Position numbers and translations under genes: made by a program. A stretch of DNA of 64,000 nucleotides. It comes from an uncultured Actinomycetes bacterium. GTDB lineage: Bacteria > Actinomycetota > Acidimicrobiia > IMCC26256 > DASPTH01. The DNA is taken from the NCBI GenBank assembly GCA_963720785.1, contig CAVRGQ010000009.1, forward strand, positions 116,162 through 180,161. Reading direction: 5' to 3'. Of this stretch, positions 37,530 through 47,781 are shown in pieces; within the stretch, counting starts at the first letter, position 1, and each line of letters begins with the position of its first letter. The notes below the pieces were generated by a model that saw nothing but the letters and a program-made list of their open reading frames with translations, made no database searches and was not told the DNA's origin.

Positions 37530-38258
37530 ATGGACACTCGCGTCGACGAGATCAGCGACGGCATCTTCCGCCTCTCCACCCTCGTGCCCGACATCGGGCC
37601 GACGGGCTTCACGTTCAACCAGTTCGTCGTGCGCGGCGCGCAGGAGTCGCTGCTGTTCCACACCGGGCCGCGTGCGATGTTCCCGCTCGTGAGTGAGGCG
37701 GTGGGGAGCGTGACGCCGCTCGACGAGCTGCGGTGGATCACGTTCGGTCACTACGAGGCCGACGAGTGCGGCGCGATGAACGACTTCCTCGACGTCGCCG
37801 CCAACGCGCAGGTCGCGCACACGGGTCTCGGCGTGATGGTCAGCATCAACGACCAGGCCGCACGCGAGCCGTTCTCGATGGCCCCCGACACCGTGTTCGA
37901 CCTCGGCGGCAAGCGCGTGCGCGGCATCGACACGCCGCACGTGCCCCACGGTTGGGACGCGCACGTGCTGTTCGAGGAGACGACCGGTACGTTGCTGTGC
38001 GGCGACCTGTTCACCCACCTCGGCGACGGTCCCGCGCTCACGAGCAACGACGTGCTCGACGCGGCGGCGATGGCGGAGGACGTGTTCGGCGCCACCGCGC
38101 TCACCCCCAACACCGCGCCCACCATCCGCGCGCTCGCCGACCTGCAGCCCACGACGCTCGCGATCATGCACGGCTCCTCCTACACCGGTGATGCGTCCGG
38201 CGCACTCCTGGCACTGGCCGACCTCTACGAACAGCGTCTCCTCACCCCCGCCACCTGA
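37530..38258 (+). CDS. MBL-fold / di-iron ODP-like protein
   Basis: Motif ITFGHYEADECGAMNDF (H-x-E-x-D-x-x-G), then HVPHGWDAHVLF. Confidence 0.6.
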   Translation: MDTRVDEISDGIFRLSTLVPDIGPTGFTFNQFVVRGAQESLLFHTGPRAMFPLVSEAVGSVTPLDELRWITFGHYEADECGAMNDFLDVAANAQVAHTGLGVMVSINDQAAREPFSMAPDTVFDLGGKRVRGIDTPHVPHGWDAHVLFEETTGTLLCGDLFTHLGDGPALTSNDVLDAAAMAEDVFGATALTPNTAPTIRALADLQPTTLAIMHGSSYTGDASGALLALADLYEQRLLTPAT

Positions 38259-38311
38259 TCACCTCCTCCTCGCTCGCTGTACCCTCTCCCCGAGATGCAG
38301 GGGGTACAGCG

Positions 38312-38800
38312 GTGACCGAGACCGATCCGGAGTCGGGCAAGGACGAGTCGGGTGCCCCGACCGAGTTCGACTACCGCTCGCCGCGAAGGTTCACCGTGCG
38401 CAACGCCCCGTGGTTCGCCGGCGCGCTGACCTTGGTGCTGGCGGGCGTGCTGGTCGCCACCGACTTCCCGATCGCCTACTTCACCGTGCTCACCGTCGGG
38501 ATCGTCGTGTCGGTCGCGCTGTTGTGGACCCGCCAGATGACCGGCACCGACCTGCAGGTCGCCGACGGCCAGATCACGTGGACCTCGGCCGGAGGCTCCC
38601 GCACCGTCGCGCTCGCCGACGACCCGGTCGTCGCCATCGGCGCGTCGGCCTGGCGCGGTCGCCAGCTCCGGTTCCGATCCGGCACCTCACTGCCCATGGC
38701 AACCGGTGGCGACGACTGGTCCACCTTCGTGTCGGCCCTCGAACGCGCCCAGGGCTCGCGGATCGACCAGTCGGGCGCTACGCCTCGGCGGTCGCCTTGA
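38312..38800 (+). CDS. Hypothetical membrane protein (two TM segments)
   Basis: 162 aa, WFAGALTLVLAGVLVATDFPIAYFTVLTVGIVVSVALLW. GTG start. The 3-prime end overlaps the convergent gene by 23 nt. Confidence 0.4.
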   Translation: MTETDPESGKDESGAPTEFDYRSPRRFTVRNAPWFAGALTLVLAGVLVATDFPIAYFTVLTVGIVVSVALLWTRQMTGTDLQVADGQITWTSAGGSRTVALADDPVVAIGASAWRGRQLRFRSGTSLPMATGGDDWSTFVSALERAQGSRIDQSGATPRRSP

Positions 38801-39248
38801 GGTTGGCGAGGGTCTCGGCCATGCCGGCGTGGGTCTTGTCCACCACGCCGTCGAGGTAGGCCTCGACGTCCATGTCGGGGGCGACGGAGTGCATGAACTC
38901 GCCGTAGCCGGGGAGGACCTGCCACTGCTCGGTGACGACAGTGCCGTCGCCCTCGCCCGCGAAGGCGTACGACCACTGCACGAGCTCGCTGTTGCCGTCC
39001 ATGCCGCAGTTGGTGAAGGTGAACTCCTTGCCCGGCTCGGCCACGTCGACCCGGCAGTGCGTGGTCCACGACATCTCGGGCGTGACGTTGTCGCCGGTGA
39101 AGGTGCTGCCCTCCTCGGTCCATGTCGCGCTCTTGGTGACGGGGCTGAACTCACCGATGCGGGTGACATCGGCGACGAGCGCGTAGACAGCCTCGGGCGC
39201 GGCGTTCACGGTGACGGAGTCGGTGTGGTGGTACTTCGAGAGATCCAT
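38778..39248 (-). CDS. SRPBCC (polyketide cyclase/dehydrase-like) family protein
   Basis: SVTVNAAPEAVYALVADVTRIGEFSP ... ATG at 39248 (residue 20 of ORF 38778-39305). Confidence 0.7.
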   Translation of the reverse strand: MDLSKYHHTDSVTVNAAPEAVYALVADVTRIGEFSPVTKSATWTEEGSTFTGDNVTPEMSWTTHCRVDVAEPGKEFTFTNCGMDGNSELVQWSYAFAGEGDGTVVTEQWQVLPGYGEFMHSVAPDMDVEAYLDGVVDKTHAGMAETLANLKATAEA

Positions 39249-39268
39249 GGACGCGGACCCTAGATCAC

Positions 39269-39345
39269 GCGGAGCGTCGACGAGAAGCCCGACGTGGTTC
39301 GTCAACGAGAAGGCCCGACGCGGAGCGTCAACGAGAAGGAGGCGT
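39269..39345. repeat. Three imperfect tandem repeats of about 26 nt
   Basis: Units at 39269-39293, 39294-39319 and 39320-39345 share the core CGTCRACGAGAAG. The third unit contains the last codons and stop of the TauD gene. Confidence 0.8.
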
Positions 39346-40152
39346 GCCGCCGATCGTGACGCGGTGGAGGGTGCGGGCCTCGCCGGGCGCGGCGTCGCCG
39401 ACGGCGGCGTGCTGGGTGGCGATGTTGTCCCAGATCAGGAGGTCGCCGACGGTCCAGTTGTGCCGCCAGGTGATCTCGGGGCGTGACGCCTGCGCGTAGA
39501 GGTAGCGCAGCAGCGGCTCGCTCTCCTCCTCGCTCCACCCGACGAAGCGGGTCGTGTAGTTGGCGTTGACGAACAGCGCCTTGCGGCCGGTGCGGTGGTG
39601 CTTCACCACCACCGGGTGCGTCGTCGTGACCGCCTCGCGGGTGAGGCCCTGCTCGCCGGCCATCGTGGTGCCCTCGTGGATCGCGTCGAGGCCGTCGAGC
39701 GTGGCCTTGAGCCCCTCCGAGAGCCGCTCGTAGGCGGCGTACTCGTTGGCCCACATCGTGTCGCCCCCGCGGCTCGGGATCTCCCGCGCGAGCAGGATCG
39801 ACGCCAGCGGCGGGCGGGCCATGTGCGTGGTGTCCTCGTGCCACACGGTCGTGAGCTCGTTGGGGTCGTAGATGCGCATGATCCCCGGGTAGCCCTCGAT
39901 CGAGGGCACGTAGGGGTGCACCGCGATCTCGCCCCAGAGGCCGGCGAACTCGAGCTGCTGCGCGGAGGTGACGTCGTGTTGGCCGGGCAGGGAGATCACG
40001 AGGTGCTCGTCGAGCGCCGCCTTCAGGCGGTCGACGAGGGGCTGGTCGAAGCCGTCGGCCAGGCGCACGCCGTCGATGCGGGCACCCAACGTGCCGCCCA
40101 GAGGAGTGATGGCGAGGGGTGTGACGGTGAACTCCGTGGTCGTCGTCGTCAT
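39328..40152 (-). CDS. TauD/TfdA family Fe(II)/2-oxoglutarate dioxygenase
   Basis: WHEDTTHM (HxD facial triad), WDNIATQHAA, RTLHRVTI. Confidence 0.85.
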   Translation of the reverse strand: MTTTTTEFTVTPLAITPLGGTLGARIDGVRLADGFDQPLVDRLKAALDEHLVISLPGQHDVTSAQQLEFAGLWGEIAVHPYVPSIEGYPGIMRIYDPNELTTVWHEDTTHMARPPLASILLAREIPSRGGDTMWANEYAAYERLSEGLKATLDGLDAIHEGTTMAGEQGLTREAVTTTHPVVVKHHRTGRKALFVNANYTTRFVGWSEEESEPLLRYLYAQASRPEITWRHNWTVGDLLIWDNIATQHAAVGDAAPGEARTLHRVTIGGTPPSR

Positions 40153-40221
40153 GGGCAGCAGCGTGCCGGGGCGCGGCCCGTGACGACCAGGGACCTAGGT
40201 CACTTCGTCGACAAGATCAGA

Positions 40222-41076
40222 TCAGTCCTGCGGGAGTGGGAGCTTGTCGGCGCCGCCGGCGATCATCGCCGCGAACTCGGTGAAGTCGGGGCCGGCGCGG
40301 AGGCTGTGACCGCCGTCGACGTTGATGATCTGGCCGGTGATCCAGCGCGACTCGGCGCCGAGGAGGAAGCGCACCAGGTCGGCGACGTCCTCGGGCTCCC
40401 CCACCCCGTGCATCGGGGTGTTGAGGATGTAGCTGTTGTAGACGGAGCCGTCGCGGGGGACGTTCTCCATGATCTCGGTGGTGATGAAGCCGGGGCGCAC
40501 CGCGTTGAAACGCACGCCGACCGCGCCGTACTCGTCGGCCGCGTTGCGGATGATCTGCTCGAGCGCGCCCTTGCCGGCGGTGTAGGCGCCGAACCAGCGG
40601 TGGGTCTGGTGGCCGGCGATCGACGACATGCCGACGAACGAGCCCTTCGACGCCTGCAGGCCGGGGAGCGCGTGCTTCACACACAGGAACGTGCCGACCG
40701 CGTTGAGCTCGAGCACGCGGCGGAACTCGTCGGTGTCGGACGTCGCGTAGGGCGACATGCCGCCGCCGCCACCCGCATTGGCGACCACGCCGTCGAGCGT
40801 GCCGGTGGGCTCGGTGGCCGCGGCCACGACGCGCGCGACGTCGTCCTCGACGGTCACGTCGCCCACCACGAAACGGATGCTGCCGCCGTTCGCGGCGAGC
40901 TTCCCGATCCGCTCGGCCGACGCGGCGAGCGTGGCCTCGGTGCGGCCGCAGATGGTGACCGCCGCGCCGTCGGCCGCAGCCTGGGCCGCGCAGGCGGCGC
41001 CGATGCCGGTGCCGCCACCGGTGACGAGCACGCCGGTTCCCTCGAGTCCGCCGGACGGCTTCCTGGTCGCAGGCAT
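40222..41076 (-). CDS. SDR family oxidoreductase
   Basis: GVLVTGGGTGIGAA, NAGGGG, YTAGKGAL. Confidence 0.85.
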   Translation of the reverse strand: MPATRKPSGGLEGTGVLVTGGGTGIGAACAAQAAADGAAVTICGRTEATLAASAERIGKLAANGGSIRFVVGDVTVEDDVARVVAAATEPTGTLDGVVANAGGGGGMSPYATSDTDEFRRVLELNAVGTFLCVKHALPGLQASKGSFVGMSSIAGHQTHRWFGAYTAGKGALEQIIRNAADEYGAVGVRFNAVRPGFITTEIMENVPRDGSVYNSYILNTPMHGVGEPEDVADLVRFLLGAESRWITGQIINVDGGHSLRAGPDFTEFAAMIAGGADKLPLPQD

Positions 41077-41148
41077 CTGTGCGTCTCCTCGTTCGGTGCT
41101 GGGTTTCGTGAGCGGGCGCAGTCTGTCAGACGGTGCGGACGACGTTGC

Positions 41149-42382
41149 CTACGTCGCCGCGCCGTCGATCTTGAGCTGGAGGATCTCCTCCTCCGTGTAG
41201 CCGAACTCGGCGAGCACCTCGTCGGTGTGCTCGGCGAACTGCGGGCCGCGGGTCGTGACGGTCGGTCGCTCGTCGAACTGGATCGGGTTCGTGAGGAGCT
41301 CACGCGGCTGCCCGTCGGCGTCGACAACCGGCGCGAAGTAGCCCATCTCCCGGAGTTGCTCGTCGTGGCCGACCTGCCGCGCTGTCCTGCACGACGGACC
41401 ACTGCCCCTCGAGATCACGGAAGCACTCGATCCACTCGTCGAGCGGGCGCGTGAGCAACTCGGCCTGCACGATGAAGGCCGCCTCCTGCGCGTTGGCGAT
41501 GAGCTTCTCGTCGGTGTCGAAGCGCGGGTCGTCGATGAGGTCCTCGCGCTCGATGTGCCGGCAGAAGTCGGCCCAGTAGCGGCCGGGCTGGAGCATCGCG
41601 AGGTAGATCCACTTCGCGTCGGACGTCTCGAAGTACCCGACGACCGGGTTGACCGGCGCGCCCGGGAGATCGTTGGGCGGCCACACCCACGGCTCGGCGG
41701 TCAGCAACGAGATGTCGACCGACAGCGCGCACGCGTACGCGCCCACGCTGAGCAGTGAGACGTCGACGACCGACGGCTCGCCGGTGGTCGCCCGCTTGAA
41801 CAGCGCCGCCGCGACGCCGCCCGCGATGGTGAGACCGCCGAGCGTGTCGCCGTGCGCCGGCGCGGGCATGTTGAGCGGCTTCGCGCTGAGGTCGGGCGGG
41901 GTCACGCCCATGGAGCCGCCGCCGCGCGCCCAGTACGACGCCGAGTCGAATCCGCCCTTGAGCGACTCCGGGCCGCGGTGGCCCAGCGCACTGCCGCGTG
42001 CGTAGATCACCTGGGGGTTGACGGCCCGGATGTCGTCGACGTCGATGCGCAGGCGGGCCCGCGCTTCGGGCAGGAAGTTGGTGAGGAACACGTCGCAGTC
42101 CTCGACCAGGCGGTAGAGGACCCGGAGTCCGTCGGGGTGGCCGATGTCGAGGCCGACACTGCGCTTGCCGCGGTTCGGGTGCTCCATGATGGGAGAGAAC
42201 GTGCCCTCCGCGACGGCGGCGGGGCCGTACCCGATCATGCCGCGCTGGGCGTCGCCGGTGAACGCGTGCTCGATCTTGAGCACCGTCGCACCCCAGTCGG
42301 CCAGGGTTGCCCCGGCCGAGGGCACGTAGGTGAACTGGGCGACCTCGACGACCTTGACGCCTTCCATCGGCCCTGACGACAC
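41149..42382 (-). CDS. Family III CoA-transferase. Frame broken near 41385.
   Basis: GPMEGVKVVEVAQFTYVPSAGATLADWGATVLKIEH. The tail (VGHDEQLREMGYF...FAEHTDEVLAEFGY) is in the 41149-41418 frame. The GTG at 42382 is preceded by GAGGGGGAG; an alternative ATG is at 42367. Confidence 0.75.
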
Positions 42383-42536
42383 GCGCTGCTCCCCCTCGCC
42401 CGGCTCTGGTCGGCCGGAAGAGCGGGACGGTAGCGTGCCCGCGCCAGCCACACCATCTTCATGCGCCGGCGGCCGAGCCGTCCGGACATCTTCATGCGCC
42501 GGCCGGCCGAGCCGCCCGGACGACCAGGAGCGCCAC

Positions 42537-44238
42537 GTGTCCGGAGAGATCACCCGCCAGCTGCCCCAACTCGACGACCAGAACACCTTCTTCTGGACCT
42601 CGGGCCAGGACGGCACGCTCCGCATCCAACGCTGCTCCGCCTGCGGCGAGCTGCGCCACACCCCCGCCCCGGTGTGCCCCTACTGCAAGTCGTTCGAGTG
42701 GGCGCCCGCTGAGATGTCGGGCACGGGCACGATCGTCGGCCTCACCGTGAACCACCACCAGTGGATGCCGGGCTTCCCGCCGCCGTTCATCCTCGCCCTG
42801 GTCGCGCTCGACGAGGACGACCGGGTGCGGCTCACCACCAACATCGTGAACGTGCCGCTCGACGAGGCGTTCGTCGGCCAGCGCGTCAAGGTGCTGTTCG
42901 AGCAGCAGGAAGACGTCTGGTTCCCGGTGTTCGAGCCCACGGGTGAGACGGACTCGGCGGGCAACCCGGTCGAGGGCCCGATCCCCCACGAGGACCCGCT
43001 GGTCCGCCAGGTGCGCGCCATGCCGAAGGCGGGCGACAAGTTCGAGGACAAGGTCGCGATCACCGGCGTCGGCATCTCGCAGGTGGGCCGTCGCCTGATG
43101 CGCGAGCCGATCACGCTCACGGTCGAAGCCGCACTGGCCGCGATCGAGGACGCCGGCCTCACCCTCGACGACATCGACGGGCTCGCGTCCTACCCGGGTG
43201 GGCTCGCGGGTGGCGGCGGCATGAGCGAAGGTGGTGTGCAGGCGCTGGAGGAGGCGCTGCGCATCCGGCCCACGTGGCACCACAGCGGCATGGAGACCCC
43301 GGGCCAGACCGGCTCCGTGGTGGCCGGGATGCTCGCGGTGGCCGGTGGCCTGTGCAACCACGTGCTGTGCTTCCGCACCGTCACCGAGGCGACCGCGCTG
43401 GCCAAGGCCCGGCAGGCGGCGCCGGGCACCGGGAGCGCCGGCCGCGGCGATGTTCAGCGGCAAGCGGGTCGAGGGTGACATGGCGTGGCGCCTCGTCTAC
43501 GGCGCGGGTTCGGCCGCCAACTGGATCGGCATGATGGCCAACACGCACTTCAAGCTCTACGGCACCACGCGCGAGACGCTCGGCTGGATCGCGCTCACCG
43601 CCCGCAAGCACGCGGCAGCCAACCCGCTCGCCATCTACACCGACCCACTCACGATGGACGACTACCTGAGCGCCCGCATGATCAGCACGCCGTTCGGTCT
43701 CTACGACTGCGACGTTCCCATGGACGGCGCGGTCGCGGTGATCGTGTCGCGCAAGGACATCGCCGGCGACCTGCGCCAGCCGCCCGTGCACGTGGAGGCG
43801 GTGGGCACGCAGGTGACCGAGCGCATCTCGTGGGACCAGGGCGTGGTCGACCACGAGCCGCTCGTGATCGGCGCGGCGCGTCACCTGTGGACCCGCACCG
43901 ATCTCAAGCCCGACGACATGCAGTTCGCCCAGCTCTACGACGGCTTCTCGTTCAACTGCCTCACGTGGTTGGAGTCGCTCGGGTTCTGCGGCACCGGGGA
44001 GGCGAAGGACTTCGTCGATGGCGGCGTGAACATCTCGCTCGGCGGGAAACTGCCGCTGAACACGCACGGCGGGCAGCTGTCGGCCGGGCGACTGCACGGC
44101 TACGGCTTCCTCCACGAGGCGGTGCTGCAGCTGCGCGGTCAGGCCGAGGGCCGCCAGGTGGAAAACGCGCAGGTCGGCGTGGTGAGCAACGGCGGCGGCA
44201 CGCCGGGCGGCGCGATGATCCTCAAGGCCGCGCGGTAG
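42537..44238 (+). CDS. DUF35 OB-fold/zinc-ribbon domain fused to an SCP2-type (lipid-transfer) thiolase. Frame broken near 43445.
   Basis: Zinc ribbon CSACGELRHTPAPVCPYC, then KVAITGVGISQVGRR. The continuation WRLVYGAGSAANWIGMMANTHFKLYGTT...NTHGGQLSAG is in the 43231-44238 frame. No stop separates the two domains. Confidence 0.75.
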
Positions 44239-44353
44239 ATTCCGCCTTCGTCCCACTCCTCGACGTGGAGGGAGGTCGCGACATGCACCATCGCTGAGCG
44301 TCCTCCCCTGTCGCCCGGTCGGGTGACGCCACCTTCACCTCGAGGAGAACCCC

Positions 44354-45514
44354 ATGGCAGACGCCATCGCAATTCTCGACGCGCTCCCACGCGTCATCGA
44401 ATCCGTCGTCGCGCCGGCAGCCACCGCCGTCGACCGCACCGGCACCTTTCCCGAAGCTTCCGTAGCGGCGCTCGCCGACGCCGGCGTGCTCGGACTCGTC
44501 AGCGCCACCGAGGTCGGTGGTGCCGGCGGCGGGCTCGCGGAGGCCGCCGCCGTCATCGAGGCACTGGCCGGCGCGTGCGGCTCCACCGCGATGGTCGTGC
44601 TCATGCACTACGCGGCCACGTCGCCGATCGAGACCTACGGCCCCGAATCGTTGCGGCGCGAGATCGCCGGCGGCAACCACCTCACCACGCTCGCGTTCTC
44701 CGAGGCGGGCTCGCGCTCGCACTTCTGGGCGCCCCAGAGCACCGCAACCCGCGACGCCGTGACCGACGAGGTCGTGCTCGACGCCCACAAGAGCTGGGTC
44801 ACGTCGGCGAACCACGCCCGGACCTACGTGTGGTCGAGCACGCCGCTCACGGCCGAAGGCCCGATGACGCTGTGGGCGGTACCGAGCGACACGCGCGGGC
44901 TCACGCCGGTCACCGGCGGATTCGACGGCTTCGGACTGCGCGGCAACGAGTCGACGCCGGTCGTCGCCGACGGCGCCCGGGTGCCGCACGCCACCCTGCT
45001 CGGCGAGGACGGCGCGGGGCTCGACCAGGCGCTCCAGGTCGTGCTGCCGTGGTTCCTCGTGTTGAGCGCGGCGTTCTCGGTGGGCCTCAGCGAGGCGGTG
45101 GTCGACGAGACCCGTCGCCATCTGCTCGCGACGCGACTCGAGCACCTCGACCACTCGCTCGCCCAGGAGCCGATCCCGCGCCTCGAGTTCGCGAAGCTGC
45201 GCATCGACGTCGACCGGACCCGCGCGTTCCTCGCCGACACCCTCGCCGCACTCGGCAGCGGTCGGGCCGACGCGATGCTGCGCGTGCTCGAGGTGAAGGC
45301 GGTCGCGGCGGAGTCGGCCGCGTGCGTCACCGATGCGGCGATGAAGCTGTGCGGCGGTGCGGCGTTCCGCAAGGAGGTCGGCATCGAACGGCGCTTCCGT
45401 GACGCGCGGGCCGCCCGCGTGATGGCGCCGACCACCGATGCGCTGCTCGACATCGTGGGCCGCGCCATCTTCGAGTTCCCCCTGCTCGGGCCCGTGGTCG
45501 AAGGGGAGGTCTGA
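44354..45514 (+). CDS. Acyl-CoA dehydrogenase family flavoprotein
   Basis: 386 aa with LAFSEAGSRSHFW, GFGLRGNESTPV, GGAAFRKEVGIERRFRDARA. Confidence 0.85.
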   Translation: MADAIAILDALPRVIESVVAPAATAVDRTGTFPEASVAALADAGVLGLVSATEVGGAGGGLAEAAAVIEALAGACGSTAMVVLMHYAATSPIETYGPESLRREIAGGNHLTTLAFSEAGSRSHFWAPQSTATRDAVTDEVVLDAHKSWVTSANHARTYVWSSTPLTAEGPMTLWAVPSDTRGLTPVTGGFDGFGLRGNESTPVVADGARVPHATLLGEDGAGLDQALQVVLPWFLVLSAAFSVGLSEAVVDETRRHLLATRLEHLDHSLAQEPIPRLEFAKLRIDVDRTRAFLADTLAALGSGRADAMLRVLEVKAVAAESAACVTDAAMKLCGGAAFRKEVGIERRFRDARAARVMAPTTDALLDIVGRAIFEFPLLGPVVEGEV

Positions 45515-45516
45515 CG

Positions 45517-46374
45517 GTGGAGACGTTCCTCATGGGTGCCGTCGCCTACGACCCGAAGGTCGTGACGATCTGGGACGGCTTCCGGGCCTGGTTCCGCGAA
45601 CAGGACTTCGACTTCGACTACCTCCTCTACTCCAACTACGAGCGCCAGGTCGAGGACCTCCTGGCGGGGCAGATCCACGCGGCGTGGAACTCGCCGCTCG
45701 CGTGGGTGCGGGCACGTCGCCTGGGCGCGGCCTCCGACGTCGAGGTCACTGCGGTCGCGATGCGCGACACCGACCGCGACCTCACGTCGCTCGTGGTCGC
45801 CCGGACCGGTGCCGGCATCGCGTCGGTCGACGACCTGCGCGGCAAGGTGGTGGCGGTCGGCGCGGTCGACTCACCGCAGGCCACGCTGCTGCCACTCGCC
45901 CACCTCGCGGCGGCCGGGCTCGAGCCCGGCGCCGACTTCGAGGTGCGCCGGTTCGACATCGGCGTCGGACTGCACGGCGACCACGTCGGCGGCGAGCGCG
46001 ACGCGGCGCGGGCGCTCGTGGCCGAGGAGGTCGACGCCGCGTGCATGATCGACGGCAACCACCTCGCGTTCACCAACGAGGGCACGCTCCCGTCGGGTGG
46101 CACGGTCGTGGTCGCGCAGACCGGTGCCTACGACCACTGCAACATGACGGTCGTGCCCGCGGCCGCCGAGGACGGCGTGGTCGAACGGTTCGCAAAGCTG
46201 CTGCTCGCCATGTCGTACGACGATCCGCAGGTGCGGCCGCTGCTCGACCTCGAAGGCCTGCACCAGTGGCACGACGGGCGCTACGAGGGCTACGAGCTGC
46301 TCGAGGCGGCCGTCGACCGTCTCGGCTTCTACGACGGTGCCGGTCGGGTGACCGCCGATGCGTATCGACCTTGA
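45517..46374 (+). CDS. PhnD/SsuA-type periplasmic-binding-fold protein without a signal peptide
   Basis: YSNYERQVEDLLAGQIHAAWNSPLAWVRA and GKVVAVGAVDSPQATLLP fit the phosphonate-binding-protein fold. The N-terminus METFLMGAVAYDP has no hydrophobic leader or lipobox. Confidence 0.65.
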   Translation: METFLMGAVAYDPKVVTIWDGFRAWFREQDFDFDYLLYSNYERQVEDLLAGQIHAAWNSPLAWVRARRLGAASDVEVTAVAMRDTDRDLTSLVVARTGAGIASVDDLRGKVVAVGAVDSPQATLLPLAHLAAAGLEPGADFEVRRFDIGVGLHGDHVGGERDAARALVAEEVDAACMIDGNHLAFTNEGTLPSGGTVVVAQTGAYDHCNMTVVPAAAEDGVVERFAKLLLAMSYDDPQVRPLLDLEGLHQWHDGRYEGYELLEAAVDRLGFYDGAGRVTADAYRP

Positions 46375-47536
46375 CCAACTCGGCATCGACCGCGGCGGGC
46401 ACCTGCTCGTCGCGCACGCGGTGCGCGAGTTGACGCCCGGCGCCACGCTCGAGGTGACGGGGCGCGACCCACTGCTCGCCCTGCACCTGGGGACGTGGTG
46501 CCGGGCGCAGGGTCATGGCTGCACGATCGGAGCCGACGGCACGGTTCTCGTGACCCGGGGCACCGCTGACACCGCGCGGCTGCGGGGCGCATCACGAGCG
46601 GGAGACGCCACGTCGGCTCACCTCGAAGGGCACCCACCGGCCGAGTGGGGACTCGCGGCACGTGGAGCGCTCGTGGAGGCGGGCGGTCCGGCGCCGCACT
46701 TCGCCCTCGCCGAACGCGACCACGTCTGGGCGGACCTCGTGCCCCGCTTGTACGCGCAGGCGGTCGCCGCGCAGTGGGACCCCGCCACCGCGGTGCCGTG
46801 GGACGCGCCGATCGACCATCCCGACGAGGTCGAGGACGCGGTCGTGCAGGTGATGACCTACCTGATCGAGAACGAGCAGGTCGCGCTCGTCGTGCCGGCA
46901 CGCTTCCTCGGCACCGTGCACCCGTACTTCCGAGAGGTCGTGCAGCTCCTCGCGGTGCAGGTTGCCGACGAGGCGAGGCATGTGGAGGTGTTCACCCGTC
47001 GGGCACGGCTGACCGGGCGCGAGCTCGGATTGTCGAGCGTCGGCGGCCGAGCGTCGCTCGCCACCCTCCTCGACGAACCCGACTTCTCCGTGAGCGCGCT
47101 GCTGTTGTCGGTGCTCGGCGAGGGCACCTTTCTCGACCTGCTCGCCTTCCTCATGACGTACGGGCCCGATCCCGTGACGCGTGCGGTGGCGCGGCTCGCC
47201 CTCGCCGACGAGGCCCGCCACGTCGCGTTCGGCCAGGCCCACCTCGAGCACCGCCTTGCGGTGGAGCCCGACCTGCGTACAAGGCTGCAAGCCGCAGTGG
47301 AACGTCGCCACGACGCGCTGCGCGACACCGCCGGGCTCAACGACCTGGTCTTCGACGCCCTCGTCGTGCTCGCCGCCGGCGCGTGGACACCGGCGGCGCT
47401 CGCTACCGGACACGAGCGGGTGCAGACGCTGCAACGTGAGATGGCCGAGGGACGCACCCGCCGCCTCGGCCGCCTCGGGTTCAGCGCCGAGGAGGCCGCC
47501 GCCCTCGCGGCGTTGCACACCAGGAACTTCATGTAG
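46358..47536 (+). CDS. Fusion of a TusA/SirA-like domain lacking the Cys-Pro motif with a ferritin-like di-iron carboxylate domain
   Basis: The E-x(n)-DEARH motif occurs twice (ENEQVAL...VADEARHVEVF and GEGTFLD...LADEARHVAFG). The start overlaps the upstream gene by 17 nt. Confidence 0.6.
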   Translation: MRIDLDQLGIDRGGHLLVAHAVRELTPGATLEVTGRDPLLALHLGTWCRAQGHGCTIGADGTVLVTRGTADTARLRGASRAGDATSAHLEGHPPAEWGLAARGALVEAGGPAPHFALAERDHVWADLVPRLYAQAVAAQWDPATAVPWDAPIDHPDEVEDAVVQVMTYLIENEQVALVVPARFLGTVHPYFREVVQLLAVQVADEARHVEVFTRRARLTGRELGLSSVGGRASLATLLDEPDFSVSALLLSVLGEGTFLDLLAFLMTYGPDPVTRAVARLALADEARHVAFGQAHLEHRLAVEPDLRTRLQAAVERRHDALRDTAGLNDLVFDALVVLAAGAWTPAALATGHERVQTLQREMAEGRTRRLGRLGFSAEEAAALAALHTRNFM

Positions 47537-47740
47537 GCAGGACGCGGATCTCGAGCCGGCCGGATCGGTGGAGCAGACACACGGCGCTGAGGAGACCCGG
47601 CTCGGTCATGCGCTCCGTGACCGTCGACCGGGCACCACCAGCGTGAAGTCGGCCGACTCCGTGTTGGGCGCGAGCTCGGCCACCGTTGCCCGGTCGTTGC
47701 CCAGCGCACGGACGACCTCGACACCGACACCCACGACCAT
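47529..47740 (-). CDS. Possible small ORF (about 70 aa), readable only with one frame correction near 47625
   Basis: MVVGVGVEVVRALGNDRATVAELAPNTESADFTLVVPG, then STVTERMTEPGLLSAVCLLHRSGRLEIRVLPT in the next frame. High G/C at third positions in both parts. No family recognised. Confidence 0.2.
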
Positions 47741-47781
47741 GACTGTGCACGCCGCGGTAGCGATCAGGGCGCGGCCGCGAG

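Noticed and set aside
44239-44353. A possible terminator or riboswitch in the 115 nt gap before the ACAD gene.
   Set aside because: Only a weak 6 bp stem (gggagg/cctccc) with a large loop can be drawn. There is no U-tract and no recognisable riboswitch core. GAGGAG before the ATG explains the purine-rich part.
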